In this document: positions 52,737 through 64,000 of the stretch, piece by piece | How positions within the stretch are numbered: position 1 is the first letter of the stretch | Layout: each line of letters starts with the position of its first letter | Source: Epiperipatus broadwayi | Taxonomy: Eukaryota > Animalia > Onychophora | DNA length: 64,000 bases | NCBI GenBank assembly: GCA_028023455.1 | Contig: JAQFVV010000005.1 | Location: 21,824,001 to 21,888,000, forward strand | Direction of reading: 5' to 3' | Program-made: the position numbers and the translations under genes | The notes under the pieces: generated by a model | What the model was told of the DNA's origin: nothing | Seen by the model: the letters and a program-made list of their open reading frames with translations, nothing else | Database searches by the model: none

Positions 52737-55700
52737 AAATTCACATATGTATACAATCAATAAATTAAATATATATAGCAAAAAAACTATTTTAAATTAA
52801 TCTGTTAAATCAACGAAGCATATATCTTTAATGCGCCCCAATTTTGACTGATTTCATAGTTCCAAAGTTAGCAATAATAAATTATTAACAACTATAATAT
52901 TTAAAACAAATATCTTTCATTTTTTTTATATATCACATGTGAACTTAACCTATAATTAAGAAAAATATCAATGTGCTATATTCAACTTAATAAGAAAATG
53001 AGTCTTTGCAAACTAAATTATTTTAAATATTGAAAGTCAAGTTAATATTTATTTAATTGATAGTCATTTAAAAGACTTTATCAAGTTCTTTTGTTATTTT
53101 GTTTTTCTATTGAGCTCAATATATTTAAAATATTAAATGTCAATTTAACATTGAGGTCTCTAGTCATTATTAACGTATCATCATGGTTTTACATATGAAT
53201 TTATAAAAAGTAAAACTCAAAGATTTTCCAGAAAACTATTTTCTTTTAGTCGTGCTTATGGAAGTATTTCATATGTGTGCATGCTCCTATTCTTTGATAT
53301 ATTCTTGTAATCCATGATTGACTTTTTTTATTGTATATAATTATTGGGTTTTGTTACAGCATTACAAATAAAATTCAACATTGATAGCTATCATTAGGCA
53401 TTTGTTTCCAATATCTGGGTATCATACAGCTTCATAAAGATAGGCTACATCCTTAGAAAGATCGAGTCAGCATCCAACTAAATTTCTCCATCATTGTAAA
53501 TAAATACAAATAGAATTGAATAAAAATCATTTTCATAGCTGCTAATTTGTGAGCAGTACAAAGCTATAAACAGTTATGGCTAACTAAAAATTTTTAGCTT
53601 TTTTGTTGGCTAGCAATTTTCAATCTCCATAGCAACTTGGACCAGTGCCTATGCAAAAGGCTATCATCCCACTATCTAAAGTTTAATCTGCATTCGGGTT
53701 TTTTTTTAATTAATATTTTGAAAATAATTAATTTTATTTTTGAATCTTATTTTTAAAAAAAAAACCAGTATTTTAAAACACCTAATAACCCTTTTTATTT
53801 ATTTGTAGAGGTTATATTTGTGACTCATAACAGAGAGATTATATTATATATTTCTTCCTTGCATTATTATTTCCAATGTAGGTTCTCCCCACAGTATTAG
53901 CGTTTTAAAAAAAAAATTTAAGATAATGCTTGCAATAAAAAAAAGGATTTCACCGTAATTAAATACTTTTTAAATTATTGGTCTCTTATTTATATATATA
54001 GAATTAAAAGTTATTACTTTGGCTTATTTGATAACTTACTGAACTTACTATTATTCATAGGTAAACAAGTCTGTAATTCTGCATTAGTCCTATACTGTGC
54101 TTCCATTTAGTTTTAGATATTGATTGTTGAGGATTGACTTTTTCCATGTTAGATTTTATCTTGTTAGTGTCCATAGTCTATTTTATCAGTGAACATTGAC
54201 CAAAAAATATGCTAGGGTTGATAACAGGTGACAATGACCCTTTTATTATAGGCAGGCCAAATCTATATCTTATAGTATCTCAATTTCTGGACTTGCAACA
54301 TACATTGTTTTATAATTGGGAAAAATATATGATCCAATTTACAGCTGGTGCACTTCTGGTGGTCTTAGTACTTGATTTTGGTAATTTCCCACATACAGAA
54401 AATTGTCATTATAGCTGTATTTAAATTAGTGGTGAAAAATGCTTGCCACAACCTAATTTTATTTTAAGCTAAATAACTTTCACTGAATTATGGTGACAGA
54501 ATTTTTTTTTTTTTTTGTTAACTGCACAAAGCTATTTGTGGACACTGATTTTCAGCCAATGTCTTCCTTCTACTGTGTATATATATATTGAACCGAATTC
54601 GAATATGTGCATTCGAAACACCGGCCTCTTAGGCAGAGAAGAACATATTCGGAGAGTATGTATGCCCAAACGATAGCTATAAAATATATAACTAGCGTTA
54701 CATTTCCAGGACATAACTTCTTCTCGGCTATTGAGTTCAACACCAAGTTCAAAGCACTTTTTTTTGTTTGTGTATAAACACGGGCACCAGCTATCTATTC
54801 AAGGATGAATAAATAACGCACTTTGAGCAATGGCCACTAACTCAACGCCTAAATCCATGACTAGCTCAGCTGTTTGTAATCACTAATAGATTATACATAA
54901 TTAGTGGTTAAAAGACTTGATAAAGAATTTGTTAAAAAGAATTGACTGACAAATAAAGTTTAATTTTAAAGACAATTTATTAACTAACATTTATTTACTA
55001 AATTTAAACATTTTATAATTCTAATAAAAACACACGCATATTTTTAAATTAACATTCTAAATAGTTTAAATATTCTTGAATATTTTCATAACAGAACACT
55101 GGGAATTTATCTACTTTGACTAATAATATTGATATAAGGATCACGCACATATTAACTCATGCACACACATAATAATGATAATAAAGGACTACATAGTATT
55201 TGAAATTTAATCACACACATCAATAGTTCATTTATGTATGATATAGAGTTCATATAATTAGACTCTTGAAAGATTCGTACGAATTAATGCAATGCAATGG
55301 CTATTACAGTATAAACGAAATAAGCAAATGTTTTACCTAGGCTTTTGAATGTAGACATAGAATTTTGTTCTCTTTGGTGGCTGCTTTCGGTGAGGATATT
55401 TCCATTATGAATGCTTACCAGCCGGCTGGGACATTTCCTTGCTGAGTTTCCTGATTTTCACGACGGAGACAAATAGATACTGACGGAGATTTTCTAAGAT
55501 GTTAACCTGACATTATTTCACGGGCAGATCTGCTGTTTTCTCAGACATCTGGGCTGGAGATAAACGTGCGTTCCCAGGATCTTCTCAACACTGCATTTTG
55601 TTTGTTAACTGCTCAATTAATTTCTGAACTGCACTACTCAATTACTTTGTGAACTGATTGTCTCAACTCTTGTCCGATAAAATATTCAGTATTTATACCA

Positions 55701-57320
55701 ATGAAGTGTTTTCTTTTCAATATCCTCCGGCAAATATCTGTTGTCGAAATTCTTTATCAATTAATCCTTTGATAAACGTGTTTTGGAAGATTGCTTAATT
55801 AATAATAGCCATGCAAAAATGTTGTTTGATATTAATTAATAACCATTGCCGTGTTTTTTAATGATAATTTTCTTTAACTTTTATTTATTTAAAATAACAT
55901 TTATTCTATTGTTGACAATCGCAGATATATACGCACATATATTTTTAATATAATTTACTATTTAGTTTTAACATTATTTTTTCTTTAATTAAACTTGAAT
56001 GAAAAGAAATTTGTATGTTTTAACTTTTTAAATTATATTTTTACGAATACTAATAAAAAACTCTTTACTTCCTTTTATAACCCTTAGTTTCATTTCTCAA
56101 ACCAAGACTCCCCCTCCCCCCTTTTGATTAATTAATTGTAGCTTTTTTTATTTCAAAAACTAAAGCTAAAAAACTATTTAATTCTTATCTTTTTTCTAAA
56201 ACAAACTGCAATAAACTCTTCAACGTTTAATTTTATGTTTTCTTTTATGAACGATTATTTTAATAATATAATTTTAGATAAAATTATATGTGACTATATC
56301 AATATAGGTACAATATATATATATATATAGCTATGCAACTGCTTAATGAGAACATATCTTCCCATCATCCTCGACTCCAGTTTCTTTCTTGTCTGTTTTT
56401 TTGTTATTGTTTTTATAATCCGAAAATTGTCACTAATCAGCTATTTTTCCATCAACTTCTGATTACCAGATTTAATTTTAAATAAACTATCAAATGTTCT
56501 TTCAAAAAAAATAATAACTTTTATAATAAATATGAACAATTTGTTTTAACTATTGGAAATTTGTATGTATTTTATTGAACTTTAACTCTTTATTATTTAC
56601 ATGTCTGCATTCCCCTTTCTTTTCTCCACAAGAAAGTATAAATTGTTCGTTTTGAATGCCCTCCTAAATTAATATTTTGAAATCAGAAAATACAGGGTCT
56701 TAATATTTATTTCTTACAACTTTTGCAAAATGACTGTGTGTAAGTTTTAAAATATACATAGTTTTATAAATCTTTTAGTTTGTTTCAACTTTAAAATAAA
56801 TTAACTTTCATCTTGTATTTAATAAGCTTAATAATAATAATATACACATTATTTAAATTACATACATACTCAGGTTAACACAAAATATAAATTACTAATC
56901 ACAGAATCTTCTCCATTTTGGTCTGACTCTTTATTTAGAATTAAGATAACTTGTAATATAAAAAGGCCAAGTTTGTATAATTATAATATATATATTTTTA
57001 TCATACAGTATGTCCAGTGAAAAAGTGATCGCTTCTCTCTCCAAGCTGTCTATAGCACCATCTTTAAAATCAATATATGCATTGTTTAGCTATTTACAAA
57101 ACCTTGAAAGTGTTTTATAACATAAAATGTGACTGTGTTTCATACTTTTATGGATCATCTTTAATGCTTTCCCTTCTACGATGAAATTTTGTGAACCACT
57201 TGAAAATATTAATAACTCGTAGCTTCATGATTATATGCATTTTGAATCATTTCAAACATTTTATTAACAGTTTTGACCAATTTAAAATAAACTGTAATGT
57301 CTGTTTTAGTTCACTATTCC

Positions 57321-57507
57321 ATTGAAAATTAAATTGAGAGAGGGCAAACTTCTCAAGCGCTTGTGACTATTAGTAACCAATCAGATCTTAAGCACTGGGG
57401 CAGAGAATTTAACAAGAAAAGAGTGGGTCCCAGTGCTTAAGATCTGATTGGTTACTAATAGTTACAAGCGCTTGAGAAGTTTGCACACTCTCAATTTAAT
57501 TTTCAAT
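57321..57507. repeat. 79-bp inverted repeat (3 mismatches), 29-bp spacer
   Basis: 57321-57399 versus the reverse complement of 57429-57507. Confidence 0.9.
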
Positions 57508-58603
57508 ACCGTCTGTGCTTTATGAAAATATTATTTACACTATTCCATTATGGGTTAAGATCTGAAATCTGCTGTTATATTTCATGTTATGCTAAACTGT
57601 CAATACATAATATATGCTGATTTAGAGATAATACTGCAGACAGTTTGAAAAAAAAGAACCAATTATCTTTTCACTTGTATTCACTGTGTATATACACAAC
57701 AATTCTGTAGAAAAATATTCTCTGATAATCAGTTGAGGAAAAGTACTTTTTAAATATGTACTGAATATATTTAAAATTCATGAATTATGCCTTGAATAAA
57801 ATCCAGCAATGAAATACTCATAATAACTCACTTTGATACGTTTAAGGATCCTCTTTTTATTAAAACTTGATGAACCAAACAAAAGATATGTTCAATATTT
57901 CTGGACAGCGTTTTTAATGTGATATGACTAAATGTAATATTTATTTGCTAAAAAGTATTAAAGAAAAAAAAGTATTCTGGGGATAATAATTTATTTTAAA
58001 AAAATTTTTGAAAAAAATAATAATAATTATAAAAAATGTCTATTTTTAAACTTTTGCAATTATGTTAATTAAAAACTTATTAGAGTTGCATCAAGTTTTC
58101 CATTTCACCAAAACTAAATAAGCATATTATTTATTTTTAAATATTTAATTTGGTAATTTTGGGTCTCTTTGAAATGTCATTTAAGGTGCAGTTGTTAGCT
58201 TGCTATGACCAGGGCTCAAGTTTAGAATAGAAACAGTATTTTTAGAAGCATGCCAAGTAAACTCTTGGTTAGTTGATTAATAGTCATCCTGAGTTGTGCC
58301 TCTCGTTCCAGTTCCAAAGGACATTGCTTTTCCTTTAGAGCAAACAGTTAAGAGTGCAACAGAAAGGAGTTACTATTCTCTTATTTATGGACCAGGCAGG
58401 GCAAAAAGTGATAATAAATTTAAAGCAACTAATTTGATATTTTTGTTCACTTGCATTTAATATATTGTCTTTAAAGATGCCAATGCAAATATATATTTGC
58501 ATACACTATGAGAGCTTGTTTTCATCATGTACGATTAGTTAAAGGAAATTTTTTTTATTATGTTTTTTTAATAGTTATTGATTTTTTTCTTCTAATATTT
58601 CAG

Positions 58604-58730
58604 ATTTTTTGTGTTCACGGAGGGTTATCGCCTTCAATACAAACTCTAGACCAAATCAGAACAATAGATAGAAAACAAGAAGTTCCTCATGATGGACCTA
58701 TGTGCGATTTACTGTGGTCAGATCCAGAAG
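58604..58730 (+). CDS. PPP4C: PP4 catalytic subunit, coding exon ([10 protein letters not shown]...WSDPE)
   Basis: ttcag acceptor, gtaatt donor; 42 codons +1 nt; HGGLSP and DLLWSDP motifs. Confidence 0.97.
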
Positions 58731-61700
58731 GTAATTATGATTAATTGTTAGTAAAAAGTAATCTTGTGGACTGCATTTCTGTGTCTCTTTTTCAGCAATG
58801 GTTTTAACCGCTATTACAAGGAAGCACTAATATGTTTTTATCTAAGTTATGATTTAAGTTTTAATTCTATATATTTTCTCTAAAGATATTTGAGATATAT
58901 AATGTATTTATATAGTTTTACATACTCACCATATATAAAGTTTTTTATTATTACCTTAAAAGTTTATGTATTAAAAATGTATAGGTATATACGGACTATT
59001 TTCATCATTTCATTGAGTGTTTTGAGCAGTATTTTTCTGCTCTGTTCACTAATATTGCTAGTCTGAATAAATAACAGTCTTGTAGAGGTATCGAATCAAT
59101 AACCTTTAGATTTGTGAATAATGAATTTAAGGACTGGAGTAACCTGTCTGTGGCAGAATTGCCTAGTAGATTATTCTGATGGTAGAAATGATCCAACAAG
59201 TAAAATACCATCATCAAAAAACTTCAAATATTAAGAAAACAAAAAACTGAATTTTTGATGTAATGATAGAGAAATGCTTCAATGATCTTTACATAGTTAA
59301 AGGTATGTTATAATTCATATAATAATTTCTCTTAGAATACAGAAAGATCTTGATAGGAATGCTTCAACTAAAAAAAAAAACTATATCTAATCTTTCTTTC
59401 GTTCTCTTTTGACTTCACCATTATTATATTTTCTCTACTTATTTGACAAGAATATTAATATGATCAGAAAAATTTAGTGAAATTTTTTTGGTATTCTTTT
59501 TATATTTTTTAGAAAGAAAAAATAAAAATTAGATAAATTAATCATGATATTGTGTGAAAATAATTTTTAATTGTATATGGATTTTAAATTCTTTTCCCAA
59601 TCGCAGATTTCAATGAAGGGATAACACTTTGATATCCACGTTATTTGAATGTGATCAACAGAGAATACTTCTTATAGGATCATTTTATTTATTTTATATT
59701 GGTAATTGAAAACAACATTATTCGACAGTGAGTCAGTAGTCTAAAAAAATGCTTATGTTTTATAACAATATTGGAGTATGATTTAAATATATGCAAACAG
59801 AATCTAATACATTGAAATGAGCATTAGTTCAAAATTATATACTATATTTATAAGACAAAAAATTTAAATGGATATAATAATACCCTTGGAAGTTATGTAT
59901 AAATAACACTCATACATCAATACATGATAAAGAATAGAATTTTTGATGAGTTTTCATTTATTGTTTATTGACAAATAAGTTTTTTACACGTAGCTTCTGA
60001 AACTGTTGTTACTTTCGTTTAAATTTCATAGACATCAAGCTATGCACAAAACAAATAGAAATTACAGTTTCATGATCCTGAAATCCCCATTGAGCTCTCT
60101 CCAATCATAGGATTTCTAGATTCGTGTTTTTTTTAAAAAATAATGTAATAAAAATGTTAATTTTATACATGTGTGTGTATATATATATTTCAAACAAATG
60201 GAGAGATATAAACTCCAGTCACATTGCAAAAAACATTTTTTTACAATTAGCATAGTACATGAAAAAATCGATGCATCATTCTGCAGGATTTATGCATTTC
60301 AAGAAAAATCTTCATCAGCTATTTTGAAGCAGTGCCAATTATCTGCAAATACTACAACGACCCATCTTACATTAATACAGATAAATCAACTAACATGATA
60401 TTAAAGCATGAATATTTAATATTGCAGTCATATGTATAAATCAACCTTTATGGCTTAACATTAATCAATGCAGAGTTGGTCTCATTTATTAATAAATCTT
60501 AATCAAGAAATCTTGTATCATAATATATAGTTAAAATAATAAAAATTGAATGATTTATTGCTTAAAAATTTATAAGTATTTGTGCACCGGAAGTGACGGA
60601 ACAAAGCCGCAATCCATAGTGCTTGGAATTCTAGGCTTTTACCACCCCATCTCAACCCTAAATCATGCAGGATACAATATGTAAATGATAGATTTTAATG
60701 CCATTTGAAAATATAGAAATAAATTGAGATATGAGCTCCAATCACAGTATGGAATCATTATTTTACAATTGCTATATATGTACATAGGTATTTATAATAA
60801 TTACAGCCATATACTATTATTTTTATTACTTTTGCAATAACTATTTTAAAAATTTGATGTGAAACCAATCTTAAAAACTAATAATTGTAATAGAAATTCA
60901 AAAAAGATCTGTGAATTTTCTTAAGAATTACAATCATTAGTTGAGAACCAGATAAGTATGATCAGCTTTTATACAATGGAGAAACATTTTTTTAACTAAA
61001 TAGTATCTTTTATTCTCATGCAGTTTAGATATAATCTCTGAAATGCAGCCCAATTTATTTTATCTGTTAAAAATTAGATCTAAAATGGTTTTTAGAAATA
61101 ACTTTCCGGTAAGCTGTTAGGTACTATTTGAGATTATGATGCAAATATTTTATAAAGATTTTCTTTAGCATTAGCATATTATCTAATGCTGTGGCTCTGG
61201 ACAAAAAAGTGCTTTCGGCTTTACAATTTAATATGGCACACCAAGTTCATTCTCTTGCACTGTCCTCTCATTCTTTCAATATTCTTCAGTAGAGGTCAGA
61301 AGACAAGTTGTCTCACCTATATATAAAGTTTATTAAGTTAGAACAGACTTAACTCAAGATATATAGTTCAACTATCTTAGTCTCATCAAAATCCTCGTTC
61401 TGGATTCCCAACTAAATTCCTTCCAACCATGAAGAATTGTGATTTATTAAATGGATTTTTTGCATAGCTTTAAACAAATTTTTTTTATATCCAGGTATAA
61501 AGCTATCTGGATTTGTTCTTCTAGATATTATTGGAGTCTCTACAGATTAAAAAATGTCCATAGTTGTTCCAAATGCATTTATTAGCATATGATATTGTTG
61601 GTTGTGACTAAATACAAACCATGAATCATTGTTAATGACTGTCATGTATATGTATACAGTAACAGAATTGAACTTAATTAAGCCATTAATGAGTCTTTTG

Positions 61701-62150
61701 TCTCCTGGTTGGAATTTCTACAGAATTCTTTTGAATGTTTATGAATGGTTAGTTGCATAAAATAAAATCCATATGCTAAATAAATAAATATATGCATAGA
61801 GTGATAAATTTACCCTGGGTACAAATTTTCAAAACTGCAAGTGACTCACATTTACGTATGTTATAAAAATAGGATGTTTGTTATTTTCTTATATTATAGC
61901 ATTTTACTATTGAGATCTTATAATTTCAGTATGAAGAAAGTTTGCTGTATCTAAGTTTAAGCATTAAATAGTAAAACTACAACTATCACATGATTAGAAG
62001 TAATTTTGCAGAACCTTGGACAGCAGTTCATTCCATAAAATTGATTGCTGTGACCAACACTGTAATATAGAGATACCAATTTTTCATTTTTTGTAAACAT
62101 GTATTCATTTATAATTATGTAATAATTAAAACAGTAAATATCTTCTCTAG

Positions 62151-62340
62151 ATACGCAAGGATGGGGTGTCAGTCCCCGCGGGGCAGGTTATTTATTTGGA
62201 AGTGACGTTGTTGCTCAGTTTAATGCTGCCAATGAAATAGATATGATTTGTCGAGCTCACCAGCTAGTTATGGAAGGTTATAAATGGCACTTTAATGAAA
62301 CTGTTTTAACCGTATGGTCCGCACCAAATTATTGTTACAG
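62151..62340 (+). CDS. PPP4C: PP4 catalytic subunit, coding exon ([13 protein letters not shown]...SAPNYCYR)
   Basis: tctag acceptor, gtaagt donor; phase matches the previous exon; SPRGAG, RAHQ and SAPNYCYR motifs. The final exon (CGNVAAIL...) is not seen in the window. Confidence 0.97.
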
Positions 62341-64000
62341 GTAAGTTTATTTTTTAATATTCTTTGTGTGGGTGATTTGAATATAAATTTTTTTTTGAAA
62401 AATCTAGATTCAAACTAAAATCTCATAATAAATGACTGTTTGTAGTTCATCTACTGATTTCATAAAATAAGATCTGTTTTATGTGAATTAAGTTTGCAAA
62501 ATTTGTTTCATATTTTTCAGTTAGAAATAAGAGTGGTCGTTTATATTTTAATTTGAAATCTACTTGGGTAATTTTAGTTAAAGAAAAATTCAGTCCTCTT
62601 TTTGAATTTGTAAGTATTTTTTGATAATTCTGTCTCCTTCTCTAATTTGATTGTTCTTTATCTTTCTGGAATTTTTGGGATATTATACAGAATAAATTTA
62701 CAAAAATAAAAAAAATTAAATCAGTTCTGAAATTAAAATCTTTTGAGTCTATACATGTGTAAAAAAAATTTAAATATTTCTGGAATTAATTAAAAAAAGG
62801 AACTATTCCCAAAACTAATTAAAATATTACAAAAAGTACTCTAAACCACTTAAGAAGAAAACTGGAATAATATTCCAATATTCAGTTATATTCTAGATTA
62901 CAGTGGATGAAGCCAACTATAAAAAGAAATAACATGAGAAAAACATGTTTTTTTGGTTGCTGGAATTCAGCAGAAATAGTATTAATGGTAGTAGTGACTC
63001 ATGAGATCTGTCCCTGAGGCTAACAAATTAGGAAACAATGACAGATCTCATTGGTCTTATTGTTTTAATAAGCCTTCATGGTGACATATTAATATAAAGT
63101 TTTATAATATTAATTGGTGTAGTTAAATGAACTTAACTACAATTGTTAAAATTTGTGGTGGGTATATAAACATATGTTTTGTAATTTGGACAGTATTGGA
63201 GATCATATTATTAAATATAAATATATTATTAAAAGTAATTGTGCTCAGTATCTTTTTTATTTGAGTTTGTCTATTTATATTATTTATTCACTTCATATAT
63301 ATTAAACTAATTTCACTCATGAACATTTTAGATTGATAAATAAAATTTGTCTAGACTTGAGCTATTAGTACTTTCTTAACATTTCAGAAGTTGCGGTCAA
63401 AAAAAATTAGGCATAAGTTGCATGTAAACAAGAGATAAGTTCATTATTAGTATATGTTAAAATATGAAAAAAAGAAAGATGTAAATTTGCATATATTATA
63501 TTTATATAATAAAATATTTGATTTTTTATTTATTTTCAATTGCAGTTTAGAAATTATCAAAATAGAAATAAAAACATGTAGAAAATAAAATTGTTTATTT
63601 TCAAATAACAGAAACATAAAAATTGCTTTAAAAAAAAAAAATGCAACTAAAAAAAATGTCTTTAACATTAATTAATCAAAATCTTCAATAACTGGTTTTT
63701 CAAAACATTTGTAGTAGTCATCACAAACAATATTTTGATAAGCAGCTCATTTTAAATGTGTAGAAATTTCACACATCCGTACAAAAGTTTTATAACCAAA
63801 CCGGGTTAAATATTATGGTTTAACATTAGTCACATATAAACATGCAGTTAGTTATGACTTTAATTTGTGCTCCCAATATATGTAACAGTTTTAAAAAAAG
63901 AGTTTGTATCTCTCAGATTAGCTGCAATGTCTGCAGGATTAAATAAGAAAATCGATGGCAATAATTCATACTGTCTATTGTATAAACTTTAGTTCAACAA

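Noticed and set aside
60286-60323. Minus-strand CUGAUGA...GAAA-UGCA-UA hammerhead-like core
   Set aside because: Stem I strands (AAUAG / AAUCC) do not pair and stem II is marginal; likely chance.
800-63668. Most 60-110 aa ORFs in the supplied track
   Set aside because: Low-complexity F/I/L/K/Y-rich products of AT-rich DNA, antisense of TE remnants, or intron read-through of real exons.
1-64000. CRISPR array, rRNA or canonical tRNA genes
   Set aside because: No regular repeat-spacer pattern or recognisable rRNA/tRNA; the context is eukaryotic intronic DNA.

Overview
AT-rich, CpG-depleted eukaryotic (invertebrate animal-like) genomic DNA. The main gene is the protein phosphatase 4 catalytic subunit (PPP4C) on the + strand. 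Five coding exons are traced with GT-AG junctions and continuous frame (20685-62340). The ATG micro-exon was not found, and the last exon lies beyond the window. Introns and upstream DNA are packed with mobile-element remnants: RTE-clade LINE 3' ends, a deleted Ty3/gypsy LTR element, two Penelope-like (PLE) fragments, a hAT MITE with a perfect 8-bp TSD, a piggyBac MITE, a tRNA-Gly-derived SINE and several long hairpins. The most notable signal is a set of minimal type I hammerhead ribozyme (HHR) motifs in tandemly repeated, fold-back-inverted non-coding units (retrozyme-like; at least two families plus a PLE-terminal motif). One fold-back breakpoint falls 7 nt from the predicted self-cleavage site. 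Also notable are a GC/CpG-rich ~280-nt unidentified structured element (12920-13200) with two covarying hairpin repeats, and a strongly C-depleted PLE 3' region. All structures were derived by hand; nothing was computationally folded or searched.
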